64,000 bases of DNA from Eledone cirrhosa (lineage: Eukaryota): assembly GCA_964016885.1 (NCBI GenBank), contig OZ024748.1, forward strand, positions 10,912,001-10,976,000. Reading direction: 5' to 3'. This document shows, one piece after another, positions 1 through 13,063 of this stretch. How positions within the stretch are numbered: position 1 is the first letter of the stretch; each line of letters opens with the position of its first letter. The position numbers and the translations under genes were made by a program. Under the pieces are notes generated by a model. The model was not told where the DNA came from, ran no database searches, and saw nothing but the letters and a program-made list of their open reading frames with translations.

Positions 1-102
1 GACAAAAATGGCAGTTCTGATATCAAAATTGACAGCTCTGATGACAAAAATGGCAGCTCTGATGTAAAAAATGGCAGCTCAGATGTAAAAAAGAAGCCCT
101 AA
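1..102 (+). CDS. Probable 3' end of an upstream gene (21-nt / 7-aa repeats: DKNGSSDIKIDSSDDKNGSSDVKNGSSDVKKKP*)
   Basis: Frame 1 is open from base 1 to TAA at 100-102; the repeat period is a multiple of 3. UTR-like AT-rich sequence follows with an AATAAA near 490. The start lies outside the window. Confidence 0.4.
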   Translation, partial: DKNGSSDIKIDSSDDKNGSSDVKNGSSDVKKKP

Positions 103-132
103 TGTCTACATTTGAATGTACAAAGAATATGA

Positions 133-182
<50 letters not shown>

Positions 183-854
183 ATTACCAATTTGTTTACA
201 GAAATGCATCTTTTTGTTTTTCGTTTTGTTTTGTAACTTCAAATTGAATTTTTTTTTTCCACCTAGCTTGTGTTGAAAGTGAAGTGTTTTTGCAAATGCA
301 CCAAACAGAACAAGATTCTTATATTATCGCAAGCATATCGAACAGTATTGCATTCTGATATGCATGATTTCTTCTTAATAGTGAATAATATTAAATTAAT
401 GTATCCATATGCAAACAAGTTGGTGCCTGCTGTACTATTGATAGGAAAAAATTGGTCAAATGCTTTTTGGATTATTCACGCCCAGATAAAATAAATCTCT
501 TATCACTGTATCACTGCAGACATGGTGGGTCCCATGACAAGTTTCATCATTTTTCCCTATCATCTACATCCCTCTCACCACCCCTTAGGTATTCATTTGT
601 TTTTACTTTAATATGGCGGATACTTAAATGAATTTGTGACTGAATAATATTATAATCATCATCATCATCATCATCATTTTATGTCCGCTTTTCCCTGCTT
701 GCAAGGGTGGGACGGATAATGATATTATTAATTTTTGGCCAAGCCAACCGTTAAATCGCTTGGTATGTAAATTAGGTTAATCAGCTGATGTATACTTTAG
801 AGAATACTATATATTCTCAAGAGTTCTAGTGTATAGCAGAAGGGAGAGAGATAC

Positions 855-899
855 ACAATCTTGATAAAGGGCAATAACCCCGAAACAATTGTAGATTGT
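855..899 (+). ncRNA. Degenerate type I hammerhead-ribozyme-like motif (Penelope-like)
   Basis: ACAATC-TTGATAA-AGGG caataa CCCC-GAAA-CAATTG-TA-GATTGT. Stem I ACAATC/GATTGT, stem II, palindromic stem III. The core differs from CTGATGA at 2 positions. Confidence 0.5.
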
Positions 900-1374
900 T
901 TTTCTCTCTGCTACTACTAGAACAAAAGGATGATGTTAGTCAGCTTGAACACATGGTGTTATGAGGCTGTTTGCTTGCAAACGAAGCAAATATTAATAAT
1001 ATTATCATGATATTATTAATATTCACTCCTGAATGCATATATATGTAAAGTGCTCGTGTAGGAGACATGGTAAAAAAGCTCCCAGTCCACACTGTAAATG
1101 TGGTTGGTGTTAGGAAGGGCATCCAGTCATAGAAAACCTGCCAGAAACAGTTCTGTATTAGTGAAACATAGTCTCCCGATCAATCTCGCAAGTGGGACAA
1201 AACCGTCTAACCCATGCTAGCATGGAAGATGGACGTTAAACAATGATGATGATGACGATGATATAAATATACACACAATTATATATTCAGACATATGCAT
1301 ATACATGTGTGTGTGTGAGTGAGGATTCTTTTTGACATTAGCATATTGTCTAGTAAGTTATAAGCATATAACAT

Positions 1375-1856
1375 GCACCACCATATACACCATTATATAT
1401 ACCATTATATACACCACCATATACACCATTGTATATACCATTATATACACCACCATATACACCATTATATATACCATTTTATATATACCATCATATATAC
1501 CATTATATACACCATCACATACACTATTATATACACCATTATATACATAATCACATAGACCATTATATACACCATTATATACACCACCATGTATACCATT
1601 ATATATAACGTTATATACACCATCACATTCACTATCATATACACCATCATATACAGCATCACAAACACTATTATATACACCACCATATACACCATCATAT
1701 ACACCACCATATACACCATTATATACACCATTATATACACCACCATATACACCATTATACACACCACCATATACACCATTATACACACCACCATATACAC
1801 CATTATACACACCACCATATACACCACCATATACACCATTATATACATTCACCATA
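1375..1856. repeat. 12-nt-period minisatellite (ATATACACCACC / ATATACACCATT)
   Basis: Visible tandem units; they explain the VYNG/VYGG and IYTI pseudo-ORFs. Confidence 0.9.
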
Positions 1857-2155
1857 TGCACTGTTGATAAACTATAAACATACAACATGCCTCATTGAAT
1901 TCATTATTGTATTTACATCAACATTAATAATTCACAAATATTTATCGTATGGCTTTGTCTACCATATAAATATAATAAATATAATTGATCTTTATATTAC
2001 TGTTATCTTTAGCTATATGTAAAGGTATTGTTTTGTTTAGTTAATGTGATTTCAATATATCGTATATTGTCATTATGAAATCATAAATAAGTTGGCAGAA
2101 ATAATAAGCTTCAAATTTAATGGAAAATTTAATAACTGGTCTCTGATTGAGAAGA

Positions 2156-2194
<39 letters not shown>

Positions 2195-3942
2195 AAAATT
2201 TGGAAAATTAACAAAGAGAAAACAACAAATGAATACAAGACATCTCTATTTTAGATATATAAAAATGACTTCTACAGGGCTAGAACAGTTTCATTTGTAT
2301 GAAATAATCAGCATTTCATATGAATGAAGAAATAGTTCTAGTCCTGTAGAAGTCATTTCTATATATAATAAATATATATATATATATATATAAATACATA
2401 CATATATATATTTATTGTTATACTTGGGGGGGGGGGGGGAATCATATTGTTGTAATAATATTGCCAGAATAAACTCACTGTTTGGTTGGTTTTCGCTTCT
2501 GTATCTTTTATATCTCCATAGTTAATTCATTTGGCAATCAACGTTTATCATTGATTGACCAACGGTTAAAAATACAGATATAAATATATATATATATATA
2601 TTCTATTAAATTTCTTTTGTTGCACATCTGCAACATCATCAGTGGTATTATTATGTTTCCTCCTGTTGTATTGTATGTCTACGCCATTTTTATTTTATTT
2701 ATGTATATATATAGGTAAAAGGTAAACAGAAATAACAACACAAACGCTACTGTATATATATATATAACATTCAATTGACAAGATCCCAGACCTCATTCGC
2801 TTAATGAGTGGGGTGGAGCTCATCAAATTGGACCTAGGAAACAATGTTTCCATTGGTCTTCCCAATTGCTAATATTATCTACCAGTCACAAATCCAGGCA
2901 GAAGGAGCAACATGAAATAAAGTGTCTTGCTCAAGGACATAATGAATTGCCCAGTCTGGGAATCGAACTCACAACCTTACGATTGCAAATCCAATTCTCT
3001 AACCACTCAGCCACACGCCGTCTAATGTAAGGAATATATTAATTTAATGCTTAAAATAGCAGTAACAGGGTCTTAATGTTTTGGATGTTATTCCTTCATC
3101 AGAAGAAAGAATAAGAAATTAGAAAGATTGAAGGAACAGGCAATATTGAGGAATCAGAAATATATATGAACTAAACAAACTTGGTGAATAGCTTTCAAAT
3201 ACATCACAAATGTCCCTGTGAATCATTTTATTTATATCAACAAAATACAATTACTGTTCTTGCATTCTTTTATTGGTTTCAGACATTAGCATGCGGCTAT
3301 GCTGAGGCACCACCTTAAATTAAGGTGGTGAAAAAATACATTCAGAATCTTCATTTCTTCTGGATTTACACACCAACTGCTTGTGATGTCATCAGCTGCT
3401 AAATACTGTACAGTTAAATGTGCAACTACCTTTATTTAGTTCAACAGTGGCTGAGGTGCTGAATAGTTGCAAAGTATTTCAGTTTTGTAGTAAATATTGA
3501 ATCTAGTAGCCAGTATTTGAGGGGTCATTAATTTTCTGCTGTTGTGAGGTGTGGTAAAACATGCTCCTCATCGCAACAACAACAACATCATTCAAAATAA
3601 AATGAGATTCTCTAATTTCCATTTTTGCTGGGGTAGATCTTTTCCCAGCTTCCCTGCAGTCAGGAATTTATCATGCAAATGCTGTAGTTACAAAGCTATT
3701 CAACCCTAGAATAAAGAGAAAAAATATTGATATAAATAAACAGAGTTACTGGCTGGAATTTTATATAGAAACACAGAAATCACACCCCAATCTGTTTTTG
3801 GTGAGATAGATATAAGTTATCTCAAATGTTTTGACACACACACACATATATATATACATATATATGTATAAATTCTTGATGTATATCGGGAGGTGATCAA
3901 AGTTTAAAGTGGTACTCAATACGCTGGTAGAGTATAGGCATC

Positions 3943-4063
3943 ATTATTTTATTATAGAAATGGCTTCTACAGGACTAGAACTGTTTCCTTCATAAGAAAT
4001 CACGATGCTTTCTTATGAAGGAAACAGTTCTAGTCCTGTAGAAGCCATTTCTATAATAAAATA
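3943..4063. repeat. Near-perfect fold-back (~55-bp arms), Penelope-like fragment; a related degenerate copy lies at ~2255-2366
   Basis: ttattatagaaatggcttctacaggactagaactgtttccttcataagaaa followed by its reverse complement after a short loop, next to (TA)n. Confidence 0.75.
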
Positions 4064-4301
4064 AAGATATATATAAATATGTGTGTGTGTGTGTGTATAC
4101 AAATGCATACATGCATACATACAGACATACAAATGCATACATACAGTGTGTGTTTGTGTAAATATATATATATATAAAAAAATTTTGTCTCTTATCGAGA
4201 CGAAGCGAGACATATATACATCACCAAAACATCTCAAAATATGTATATATAGACCTGTCACTCCTGATAGAGTCATAAGAGCACCATCTTGGGCAATTTA
4301 A

Positions 4302-4526
4302 CCCTTCAGCATTTAAACCAGCCATATCCGGCCAGAATTCTCTTACCTCTTTCTCTTCAAACTGGCTGCAACCAGCTGCTCATACTGATGTTAAGGTATT
4401 GTTCTCAAAGTAAATAATATCAAAATCTCTTAGATTCAATATTGTATAAGATAATTATGTGAGGTAAAGACTTTACCATAAAAATATAATAAATAGTATA
4501 TATAGAGTAATATAAATACTAAACAA
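4302..4526 (+). mobile_element. piggyBac-type MITE (degenerate copy)
   Basis: TTAA|CCCTTCAGCATTTAAACC start; body matches the copy at 42801-43021. Confidence 0.6.
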
Positions 4527-4619
4527 TTAAACATTGTCTGAACTCAGCCGATTTCTTCCAGAGAAGGAGAGAGAGTGTGAGCAATAGAGAGGAATAGTGA
4601 GATAGAGAAAGAATCCATC

Positions 4620-5520
4620 CCAATACAGAACTGGTACTTTTTGTATTGACCTCAAAAGAAGGATTTGAACTCAGAATATTGAGGGCTGTAACAAAATGCT
4701 ACAATATATTTCATCCAATGCATCAATGATTCTGCTAACCCAGCACCCTTTTAGACTAAATAATGGGTTCTACTTTTGGCCAACAATTTTTGGGGAGGAG
4801 GGGAAAGTCGATTAAATAAATTCCAGTGCATTACTGGTTCTTTATTTTATTGACTCCATAAGAATGAAAAGCAAAGCTAACCTCAGTGGGATTTGAACTC
4901 AGAATTCAAAGGAACATAACTATATGCTGCAAAGCATGTTGTTTGATGCTCTACTGATATTGCCAATAATAATTATTTCTACTGTTGGCACAAGGCCAGC
5001 AATTATCCCAGTGCATTACTGGTACTTTATTTTATCGACTTCGTAAGGATGAAAGGCAAAGTTAACCCTGGCGGGATTTGAACTCAGACCATAAAGGGGC
5101 GTAACTCCATGCTGCAAAGCATGGAGTCAGACCCTCTACCGATACTGCCAATCCACCAGCAATAATAATGGTTTCTTATATAGGCACAAGGCCAGCAATT
5201 TTAGGGGTGGGGGAAAGTCGATTATATCGGCCCCAGTGTGTGACTGGTACTTTATTTTATCGACCCCGTAAGGATGAAAGGCAAAGTTAACCTCGGCGAG
5301 ATTTGAACTCAGACCATAAAGGGGCGTAACTCTTTGCTGCAAAGCATGACGTCAGACCCTCTACCAATACTGCCAATAATAATAATAATTGTTTCTACTT
5401 TAAGCACAACACCAACAATTTTTGAGGGAAGGAAAAGTTAATTAAATTGACCCCAATACATTGCTGGTACTTTATTTTATCGAACCCCATAAATTTGAAA
5501 GGCAAAGCTAACCCCGGCAG
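4620..5520 (-). mobile_element. Cluster of about five tRNA-derived SINE copies of the most abundant family in the window
   Basis: Repeated core tactggtactttattttatcgaccccgtaaggatgaaaggcaaagttaacctcggcgggatttgaactcaga. On the sense strand there is an A-box-like TGGCAGTATCGG and a B-box GAGTTCAAATCC. Dozens more copies occur (e.g. 13845-14030, 23845-24035, 24295-24670, 46930-47110, 49830-50230, 58800-59355). Confidence 0.85.
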
Positions 5521-5934
5521 TAAAAATATGACAAATGATACTTGCTCCACAATATTCTCAAACTCTAGACCTATTGACTGTAAAATAAACTTCTTGCAGT
5601 CATGCCTTTTCCCTTTTTGACTAAATAATATTTTTAAAAAAAAAAAAAGTTAAGATGGGAATCATTATCAAGGGAGAGAAACCTGAAAATAAGAAAAAAA
5701 CACAAATTTTCAGTTGACCTCGGCAGGATTTGAACTCAGTGTGCAGGGAACAGGAAGGCATATACCAGAAGCATTCTATCTGACCATCTAATGACCCTGC
5801 CTATATCTTAATAGGTATATTTCTAAATTTAGCCAGACAACATTCCTACCATAACAATTTAACTCTTTGGATATCAAACCACATGAAACCACTCCTGGTT
5901 CTATGATATCTACAACTGAATGCTCTTCCTAACA

Positions 5935-6232
5935 GCAACTCCTTTACAGAGTGAACTGGATGCTTTTTATCATGGAACCAGCACTACCAGTTTACAGAGT
6001 GTACTGGGTACATTTTATTGTGGCACCATCACACCCACATTACAGCACTACCACTTTGCAGAGTATACTAGGTGCACTACAGAAAAAGCTGGGTGCATTT
6101 TATTGTAGCTCCAGTACTACCACTTTACAGAGTGTACTGGGTGCATTTTATTCTAGCTCCAGCACTACCACTTTACTGAATGTGTATTATTGACACTCCA
6201 GCACTACCACTTTACAGAGTATACTGGGTGCA
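5935..6232. repeat. Degenerate ~48-nt minisatellite, same family as 40390-40770
   Basis: Repeats of actttacagagtgtactgggtgcattttattgtagctccagcactacc. Confidence 0.7.
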
Positions 6233-6246
6233 ATAAGATGACTTAC

Positions 6247-6308
6247 CACGGGATATTGGTAAACTAACACACTGATGGATTTTAACTATTCTTGGATCAA
6301 TTTTACAT
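6247..6308 (-). CDS. G1 third coding exon (phase 2 to 1): (R)CKIDPRIVKIHQCVSLPISR(G)
   Basis: Long pyrimidine tract ending ccag acceptor, GTAAGT donor at 6246-6241, 62 nt open in the phase expected from the 7038-7116 exon. Same phases as G4 exon 41081-41160. The terminal exon is unresolved. Confidence 0.7.
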
Positions 6309-6621
6309 CTGGAAGGAGAAAAGAAATAAAACAAGAAATATAGATTAAAAACAAATAAAATTACACATAAAAATGACAAACAACAGCTCAGTAATAATTA
6401 CTTGTGCTAGGGTTATATAGATCATCATCATTACTGTTTTACATCCATTTTTCCACGCTAGCATGGGGTAGATGAGTTAGCTTAGTTGTGGGCAACGCCA
6501 GGTCAGGTGACCATGTTTTGCTCATAACAGAACTGATTTTGGCTTCATTTCTACAGCTGGATGCCCTTCCTAAAGCCAACCTCCTTTACAGTGAGTACTG
6601 GGTGCTTTTTGTCATGACGCC

Positions 6622-6656
<35 letters not shown>

Positions 6657-6744
6657 TCTGAAGAGATTATTTTGGTAAAAACAAGAGCAAGCAGGAGAAA
6701 GCTCTCAACATTCGTAGTTTGTAGTTACGATGGAGATTCAGTAT

Positions 6745-6970
6745 AATAATAACATTAATAAAGATGCTGATGTTACATAAATCATTTATTCATTATAATT
6801 ATTTCAATGGTTCTCCCATGCAATCAAGATGTAATTCATTTGAGGATACTGTTCTCATAACAACAACAAATGCATGAATTACATCTTGATTGCATGGGAG
6901 AACTGTTGAAATAATTATAATGAATAAACGATTTATATAACATCAGCATTTTCACTAATGTTATTATTAT
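6745..6970. repeat. Fold-back (~95-bp arms, ~35-nt loop) in a G1 intron; another lies at ~8288-8405
   Basis: gatgctgatgtta...cccatgcaatcaagatgtaattca and its reverse complement. Confidence 0.75.
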
Positions 6971-7037
6971 ATATGTGTGTGTGTGTATCGATGTTGAAGG
7001 AAATACAGAAATTTTAGAGAGATTCTTTGTTACATAC

Positions 7038-7116
7038 CTGTTGCCTTGGCAGGAGTAAAAAGACGGTCTGTAAAATCCTCCAAAGTGTATACTCCCAACA
7101 CTTAAGAGAGTTGCGT
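7038..7116 (-). CDS. G1 second coding exon (phase 1 to 2): (Y)ATLLSVGSIHFGGFYRPSFYSCQGN(R)
   Basis: ttattatattctcag acceptor, GTATGT donor, 79 nt open, phases join both neighbouring exons. Confidence 0.7.
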
Positions 7117-7279
7117 CTGAGAATATAATAAGAAGAACAAAATTATTGAGTACAGTGCTCAGGTGCACTACAACTCATCAAAGGTGCATGTATAGTACAT
7201 AGAATAATGTACAAATGTCAGGAAAGTGAACAGTGTATGAGTCATGATATACATGTGTGTGTGTGTATGGGGGGATATC

Positions 7280-7430
7280 AGGTGTAGTGTTTGTGAATTT
7301 CAGGAAGCATGGAGGTTTTAAAGGATGCAGTGTCTTGGCAGCTAACAACTGATGCAGGTAGTTTGTTCCATGCTTCAGTAACTCTGAGCATGAAAAATGT
7401 TTCCGAAAGTCATGGGAGCTGTGCTGTTTT
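7280..7430 (-). mobile_element. CR1/L2-type LINE 3' fragment
   Basis: Translates with one frameshift to RKHF..RVTEAWNKLPASVVSCQDTASFKTSM, the typical CR1 ORF2 C-terminal motif. Confidence 0.65.
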
Positions 7431-8101
7431 TTAAACAATATACAGATTTTGTGTATAATATGGAGGGAAGAAAATAGTTATAAATGGATAAACTTTATAG
7501 TGGTGGGGATGATAGTATGTATTGTCCCATAACTCCTGAGTTGTAGGGGATGCCATATTGACATACTACGTTTCTAGGGCATTTTGAAACCTGATGGAGC
7601 CCATCTCCTATCCAGACCTGAACACAGCAGATTTCTTCCAGTGGTTCCTATCTGCTAGCATATTTGTTAACTTGCTTCCTGACAAAGCTATTTGTTTTGC
7701 ATGCCGTGTACAAGAAGTCACTTTTACCATCAGCTCTAGATATTTGGACTCAAGTGTCATAAGATTACATTCATTCTCTAGCTTCCTGTTTGTAAAGGGA
7801 TATATTATCTGCCAAGTGGTAGTGCTGATGCCACGATAAAATGTGCCCAGTTAACCTTGTCAGGTCGTGGTGGTGGTGGTGGAGGTGGTACCATGAGAAA
7901 ACAAACTCAGTACATGATGTGAAGTGGTTTGCATTAAGAAGGGTATCTAGCTGTAGAAACCATACCAAAAGGGAACATATGAGAATGATACTGACCTGCC
8001 TATCCAGCCTCAGAGCATGACTACCTGTCCAACCCATGCAAGCATGAAAAATAGGTGTAAAAGGGTAATAATAATAATAATAATAATAATATGATGATGA
8101 C

Positions 8102-8132
<31 letters not shown>

Positions 8133-8451
8133 GTGAGGAGGAGGAGGACTAATTAAATATTTCTTAACTAATATTTCAACATCTTTGTTATTGTTAATAT
8201 TAATAGTTAATGTCCTAACTACATTGCTATAACAGCGATGAATTTGTTTTGCAAGGTTTTTTATATGAAATCGTATGTTGAAACAAATATTGTTATATTT
8301 GGGGAGGGTCATGTTGTTATAATATTGCCAGAAATATCATAGTATGTTCTACTCTATATCTCTGGCAATATTATAACAACATAACCCTCCTCAAATATAA
8401 CGATACATTGCTATAGCCTTCCTATAAAACACTGTAATCTGTAGTACTTAC

Positions 8452-8617
8452 ATAAAGCAGTGCGACAAAAATTGCAGCAGCTACACTGTGGTATTTTGCG
8501 ACAGAGATCTATAGAACTACACCGAGAACAATCCATGTCTGCAGGACAAGCAGCATCAACACCAACAGCCAAGACAGCCAATGAAGTAAGGAGTGCAATA
8601 AACACTGTGTTCCTCAT
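8452..8617 (-). CDS. G1 first coding exon: signal peptide + 8-Cys half of an IGFBP-like domain (MRNTVFIALLTSLAVLAVGVDA-ACPADMDCSRCSSIDLCRKIPQCSCCNFCRTAL)
   Basis: ATG at 8617, hydrophobic leader ending VDA, Cys spacing C-x5-C-x2-C-x5-C-x5-C-x-CC-x2-C identical to G4. Phase-1 GTAAGT donor at 8451-8446; conserved tttatatttacag acceptor at 8658-8657. Model: 8617-8452, 7116-7038, 6308-6247, then an unresolved last exon. Confidence 0.85.
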
Positions 8618-8829
8618 TTTAACGCTACTGTCTTCACACTGAAACTTACTCAATGTCTGTAAATATAAATGATGGCAAAAAATATAAAGTTTGTTTTTTC
8701 ACTAGGGCGTCAACTTAGATTGCAACTAATACAAAATTAAAATTAAGATAATAAAGTAATATACAAAATGAGTGTGCAGGAGATAAATTCTAGCACACAG
8801 ACACAATTATCATCATCATCATCATTTCA

Positions 8830-9680
8830 TTTTACGTCCGCTTTTTCCCTGCTTGCAAGGGTGGGACGGGAACTGATTCTGGCTTGATTTCTACAGCTGG
8901 ATGCCCTTCCTAACACCAACCTCATTTACAGTGAGTGCTGGGTTCTTTTTTGCCGTGGCACCTCCACGACCACTTTGCTGTGGAATGATATGGACCCCAG
9001 TCCCTATCATCTCATTTCTACAGCTGAGTAAACTAGAGCAATGTGAAATAAAGTGTCTTGCTCAAGGAAACAACACATCACCCAGTCTGAGAATTGAACT
9101 CACAACCTTTCGATTGCAAGGCCAATGCTCTAACCACTAAGCCATTATATATATATATATATATAGCCTTCTAAACCCATGCTAGCATGGAAGATAGACA
9201 TTAAATGATGATAATGATATATATACACACACAAATAATGAATCAAAGCATATCAAATATGTTTAAAATTTTGTGTATTTCAATAAGCAAGCTCTTTCTC
9301 TCTCTGTATAGACATATATCTTTTCATTTGGTTTATATATATATATATCATCATGGAGGCACATGGCTTAGTGGTTAGAGCATTGGCCTTGCAATCGAAA
9401 GGTTGTGAGTTCAATTCTCAGACTGGGTGATGTGTTGTTTCCTTGAGCAAGACACTTTATTTCACATCGCTCTAGTTTACTCAGCTGTAGAAATGAGATG
9501 ATAGGGACTGAGGTCCCTATCATTCCACTGCAAAGTGGTCGTGGAGGTGCCATGGGAAAAAAAGCACCCAGCACTCACTGTAATTGAGGTTGGTGTTAGG
9601 AAGGGCATCCAGCTGTAGAAATCAAGCCAGAATCAGTTCCCGTCCCACCCTTGCAAGCAAGGAAAAAGCGGACGTAAAAT
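8830..9680. mobile_element. Inverted pair of near-identical tRNA-derived SINEs of a second family (8830-9145 minus, 9356-9680 plus); another copy at ~26565-26930
   Basis: TGGCTTAGTGG A-box, GAGTTCAATTC B-box, ccttgagcaagacacttt core, RTE-like 3' tail ending in (GAT)n. Confidence 0.8.
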
Positions 9681-9699
9681 GAAATGAAATGATGATCAT

Positions 9700-11463
9700 C
9701 ATCGTTTAATGTCAATCTTCCACACTAGCATGGGTGAGACGGTTTTGTTCCATTGAAGCGGGACTGGTTGGGAGACCATGTCCCGCTCACATGGACACGT
9801 CTCTGGCAGGTTTTTTTTTACAGCTGGATGCCCTTCCTAAAATCAACCACATTTACAGTGTGGACTGGGAGCCTTTTCCCCGTGTCTCCTACACTGCCAC
9901 CTTACAGTGTGGACTGTTGTGTCATCGACACAATGGACGGGACAGGAGAGGGAGGGTGGGGTGTGGTGTACATTTAGTTAAGAGGTGCCTACTGCCTTTA
10001 GGTTTGTGTGCAATGGCAGTCGGCTCTTCTGTACAACTGCATGGTGCCAAAGGTCTCAACCAGTGTCATTGTCTTAGAGAGATGTAGGTGGGCAAGGTCA
10101 ATTTTTATCCTCATCCCAGGTTTTCCTTGGTCTACCCACTCCGCAGCTTCCATCAATTTTCATTGCCCTGTACTTTTTTATACAGCTGTCGTCCTTCATA
10201 TGCATCACATGTCCATACCAATGCAATCTCCTCTCCAGAACACATTTGATACCTCTTATGCTTAGTTTCCCTCTTAGTTTGTTTATGCTTCGCCTTTCGC
10301 GCACATTACTATTACCCATCCATCGGAGCATGCAAGCTTCATTTCTTTCTAATCTACGCAGGTCTTCAGCACACAATGCCCAAGTCTTACTACCATGTAA
10401 TATTGCCGTTCGTATACATGCATCATACAATCTGCCTTTCAACAGCAGTATTAGCTCTCTGAACTTTTTCCATCCAGTTCTAACTCTGGCTACTACACTT
10501 TCGGAGCACCCGCCTCCACTGCTGATTTTGTCACCTAGGTAACGGAAGGTGTCTACTATTTCTATAGAACCATCTGGCCAGTTGAAGAAGATATCATCCA
10601 GTGGGTCCTAGCTACTTCCTGTACCTGAGCATCAGCCACATATAAAATCTACATTCTTAGTTAGCTTACCTCTGATCCCACATCTTTTATGTACCCATAG
10701 TTTGCATTTGGGACATAGAATGGAGTTTCTGCCTACTCCTTTCTTACACACTGAGCATGGCCATTTCCCAGAGGGAACCTGTGCCCTATTCTCCTTTCTA
10801 CATACTAGAACCTTAGTCTTAGAAAAGTTGACTCTGGCCTTTTGATTCAAGGCCATACTTCCATGTTTGGAACTTCCTCTCTAGTTCAGCCATGGATTCA
10901 GCTATGAGAGTTAGATCATCTGCATATAGAAGTTCCCATGGGCAGCCAGTCTTAGACCCCTCTGTTATAGCCTGTAGGACAATAATAAACAGGAGGCGGC
11001 TAAGAACGGAGCCCTGGTGAACCCCTACTATTACACTAAATTCATCACTATATTCTTCATTAATCCTAACCTTGCTGACTGTTCCTCTATACATGGCTTG
11101 TATAGCTCTCACAAGCCATTCTTCCACTCCTAGTTTTCTAAGAGCCCACCAGATTAAGGTGCGTGTGACTCTGTCCAAGGCCTTCTCCAGGTCAACAAAA
11201 GCTAAGTAGAGAGGTTTACTGTTAGCTAGGTACTTCTCCTGTAATCGTCGTACAAGGAAAAGAGCATCCGTGGTACTTTTACCTGGCACAAACCCAAACT
11301 GCATTTCATCTAGTTTAATTTGGTCTCTAATCAGTTGAGTAATAACTCTTTCTGTGACTTTCATGACTTGGTCAACTAATTTAATACCCCTATAGTTTCC
11401 TTTATACAGGGCGTCTCCTTTGCCCTTGTTACAGTTGATGATGATGCTACGCCAGTCATTTGG
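9700..11463 (-). mobile_element. RTE-clade LINE, 5'-truncated and frameshifted (RT domain and 3' end)
   Basis: NYRGIKL, QFGF.PGKSTTDA, AFVDLEKA.D, GVHQGSVLS, LLYADDL, GRLYDACIR..LHGS.TW, RLHWYGHV motifs across ORFs 10098-11571. Confidence 0.92.
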
Positions 11464-11719
11464 TATATATGTTATAGACCTCTGAAGAAGAGATTTTATC
11501 TCAAAATACCAGGACAGATGAATAAAGTAACACATAAAATCTTGTTTTGTCTTATTTTCTTGTTCGTCCATTTCACATTGTCGTGGCCTTCAAACTTCAC
11601 ATTTTTCTATACCATACACAATACTTCAAGCAAACTACAACTTTCTCCTATATATATATATATATAGGAACAAGTATGACCCCGACAGAGCTCAAGCCGT
11701 TTCGACGGCTAATTCTGGT

Positions 11720-12040
11720 CCAGAACATTAATCAGTATACACTGAGGATGAAAAACTCAGAGCTGTATGGGAGCATCCCAAAAGTCAGCTCAAAAGTGAC
11801 ACAGAGGAGACTGAGGTTAGCTGGACATGCTCACCGACATCCAGAATTGACATTGCACTCAGTACTCCTTTGGGAGCCCCTACATGGACACACTAGAAGA
11901 GGAAGACCAAGGTTAACGTATGTTGATGCCCTAAGGACAGACACTGGTCTGTTGGAGACGCAGGACATGGCAGCGATAATGAGGGACAGAGACCACTGGA
12001 GAGAACTCGTCCATGGATCTCGGGAATTTTACCCGCCTAA
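11720..12040 (+). mobile_element. Young RTE-like LINE 3' fragment inserted in (TA)n; copies at 13260-13400, 22051-22197, 23148-23305 and 25873-26300
   Basis: RRLRLAGHAHRH...WEP.HG..RRGRPRLTY.D.L...DRDHWR; near-identical copies. Confidence 0.85.
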
Positions 12041-12043
12041 GAT

Positions 12044-12079
<36 letters not shown>

Positions 12080-12253
12080 ATACTTTGGGAGGGTCATGCT
12101 GCACCTGTTGGTTTTCACTTCATATTCAATTTATTGATTAGTTCAATAACCAGAAGGTTGTTTATATATTGTCAAAGCTCTTTCATCACACATTCTGTGA
12201 CCCCCTCAGTGACTGATTTACTTTTTTGTGTTACTCCTTTGTTCTGTCATATA

Positions 12254-13063
12254 TCTATATATGTAAAGTTGTAGTTCCTGTCAGTTTGTTTGTTTTTTTG
12301 TTCACGAGCTCCTCCTATGGTTTTGGAGATAGACCCCATAACTATATATATTCTGAAACTACATTGCCCAGGGTACTTGGATAAGTATATTTCATTTTAT
12401 TCAAAGGGTTCCCCGGGGGTACAAACCCCCATTGAAAATTTTTTCATTCGATTTATATGAAATTTAAACCATAGGTAAATGACAAGATATGATGCCTATT
12501 CACAAAATTTCAATAATATTAAGACACCCGAATGGGGGTTAAATCCCCTATAGTGAAAATGTTGACCAATAAATGGAACAAGATGTGTTGTAACAAGATT
12601 GCATGAGAACTTGATTGAAGCAACCATTATATTCGGGGCTTACAAAGGTCAAGCTCTTCTCATTCTAAGGATTCCACTTATACCAAGTGATAGTGAGTTG
12701 CCTTTTACATTTAAGAGGCTGCAGTTCCCAGTGATGCCATGCTTTGCCATGAGCATCAATAAGAGTCAAGGTCAAACTTTCAAAACTATTGGTATAGATC
12801 TGACAAACCCATGTTTCAGTCATGGCATGTTTTATGTGGCTGTTTCAAGGACTGAAACTTCAAAAAATCTCTACATTTTAGCCAATCAAAGAGAGACAAG
12901 AAATGTTGTTTACCCTGAAGTTCTTCATTGGGACAAAGTATGAAATATATTTTCATGTAGTTATTATGATAATTATATCACTGATTTAAAAGCAATCATC
13001 ATTTTCTTAGAAAAAAAAAAAAAAAATGTGTGAAACGCAGCAAGGCGCGGATAATTCGGCTAG
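12254..13063 (+). mobile_element. Non-autonomous Helitron retaining the C-terminus of the PIF1-like helicase
   Basis: A|TC 5' end; GC-rich subterminal stretch then CTAG|T 3' end; ORF 12599-12943 reads RLQFPVMPCFAMSINKSQGQT...CFSHGMFYVAVSR...TRNVVYPEVL. Confidence 0.85.

Noticed and set aside
1332-1888. VYGG/VYNG repeat ORF resembling a Gly/Tyr-rich structural protein
   Set aside because: 12-nt minisatellite open in most frames, with no signal peptide or splice support.
9356-9430. tRNA genes
   Set aside because: The A/B boxes belong to SINE heads; no complete cloverleaf is evident.
12599-12943. Host PIF1 helicase gene
   Set aside because: A fragment lying within Helitron TC...CTAG termini.
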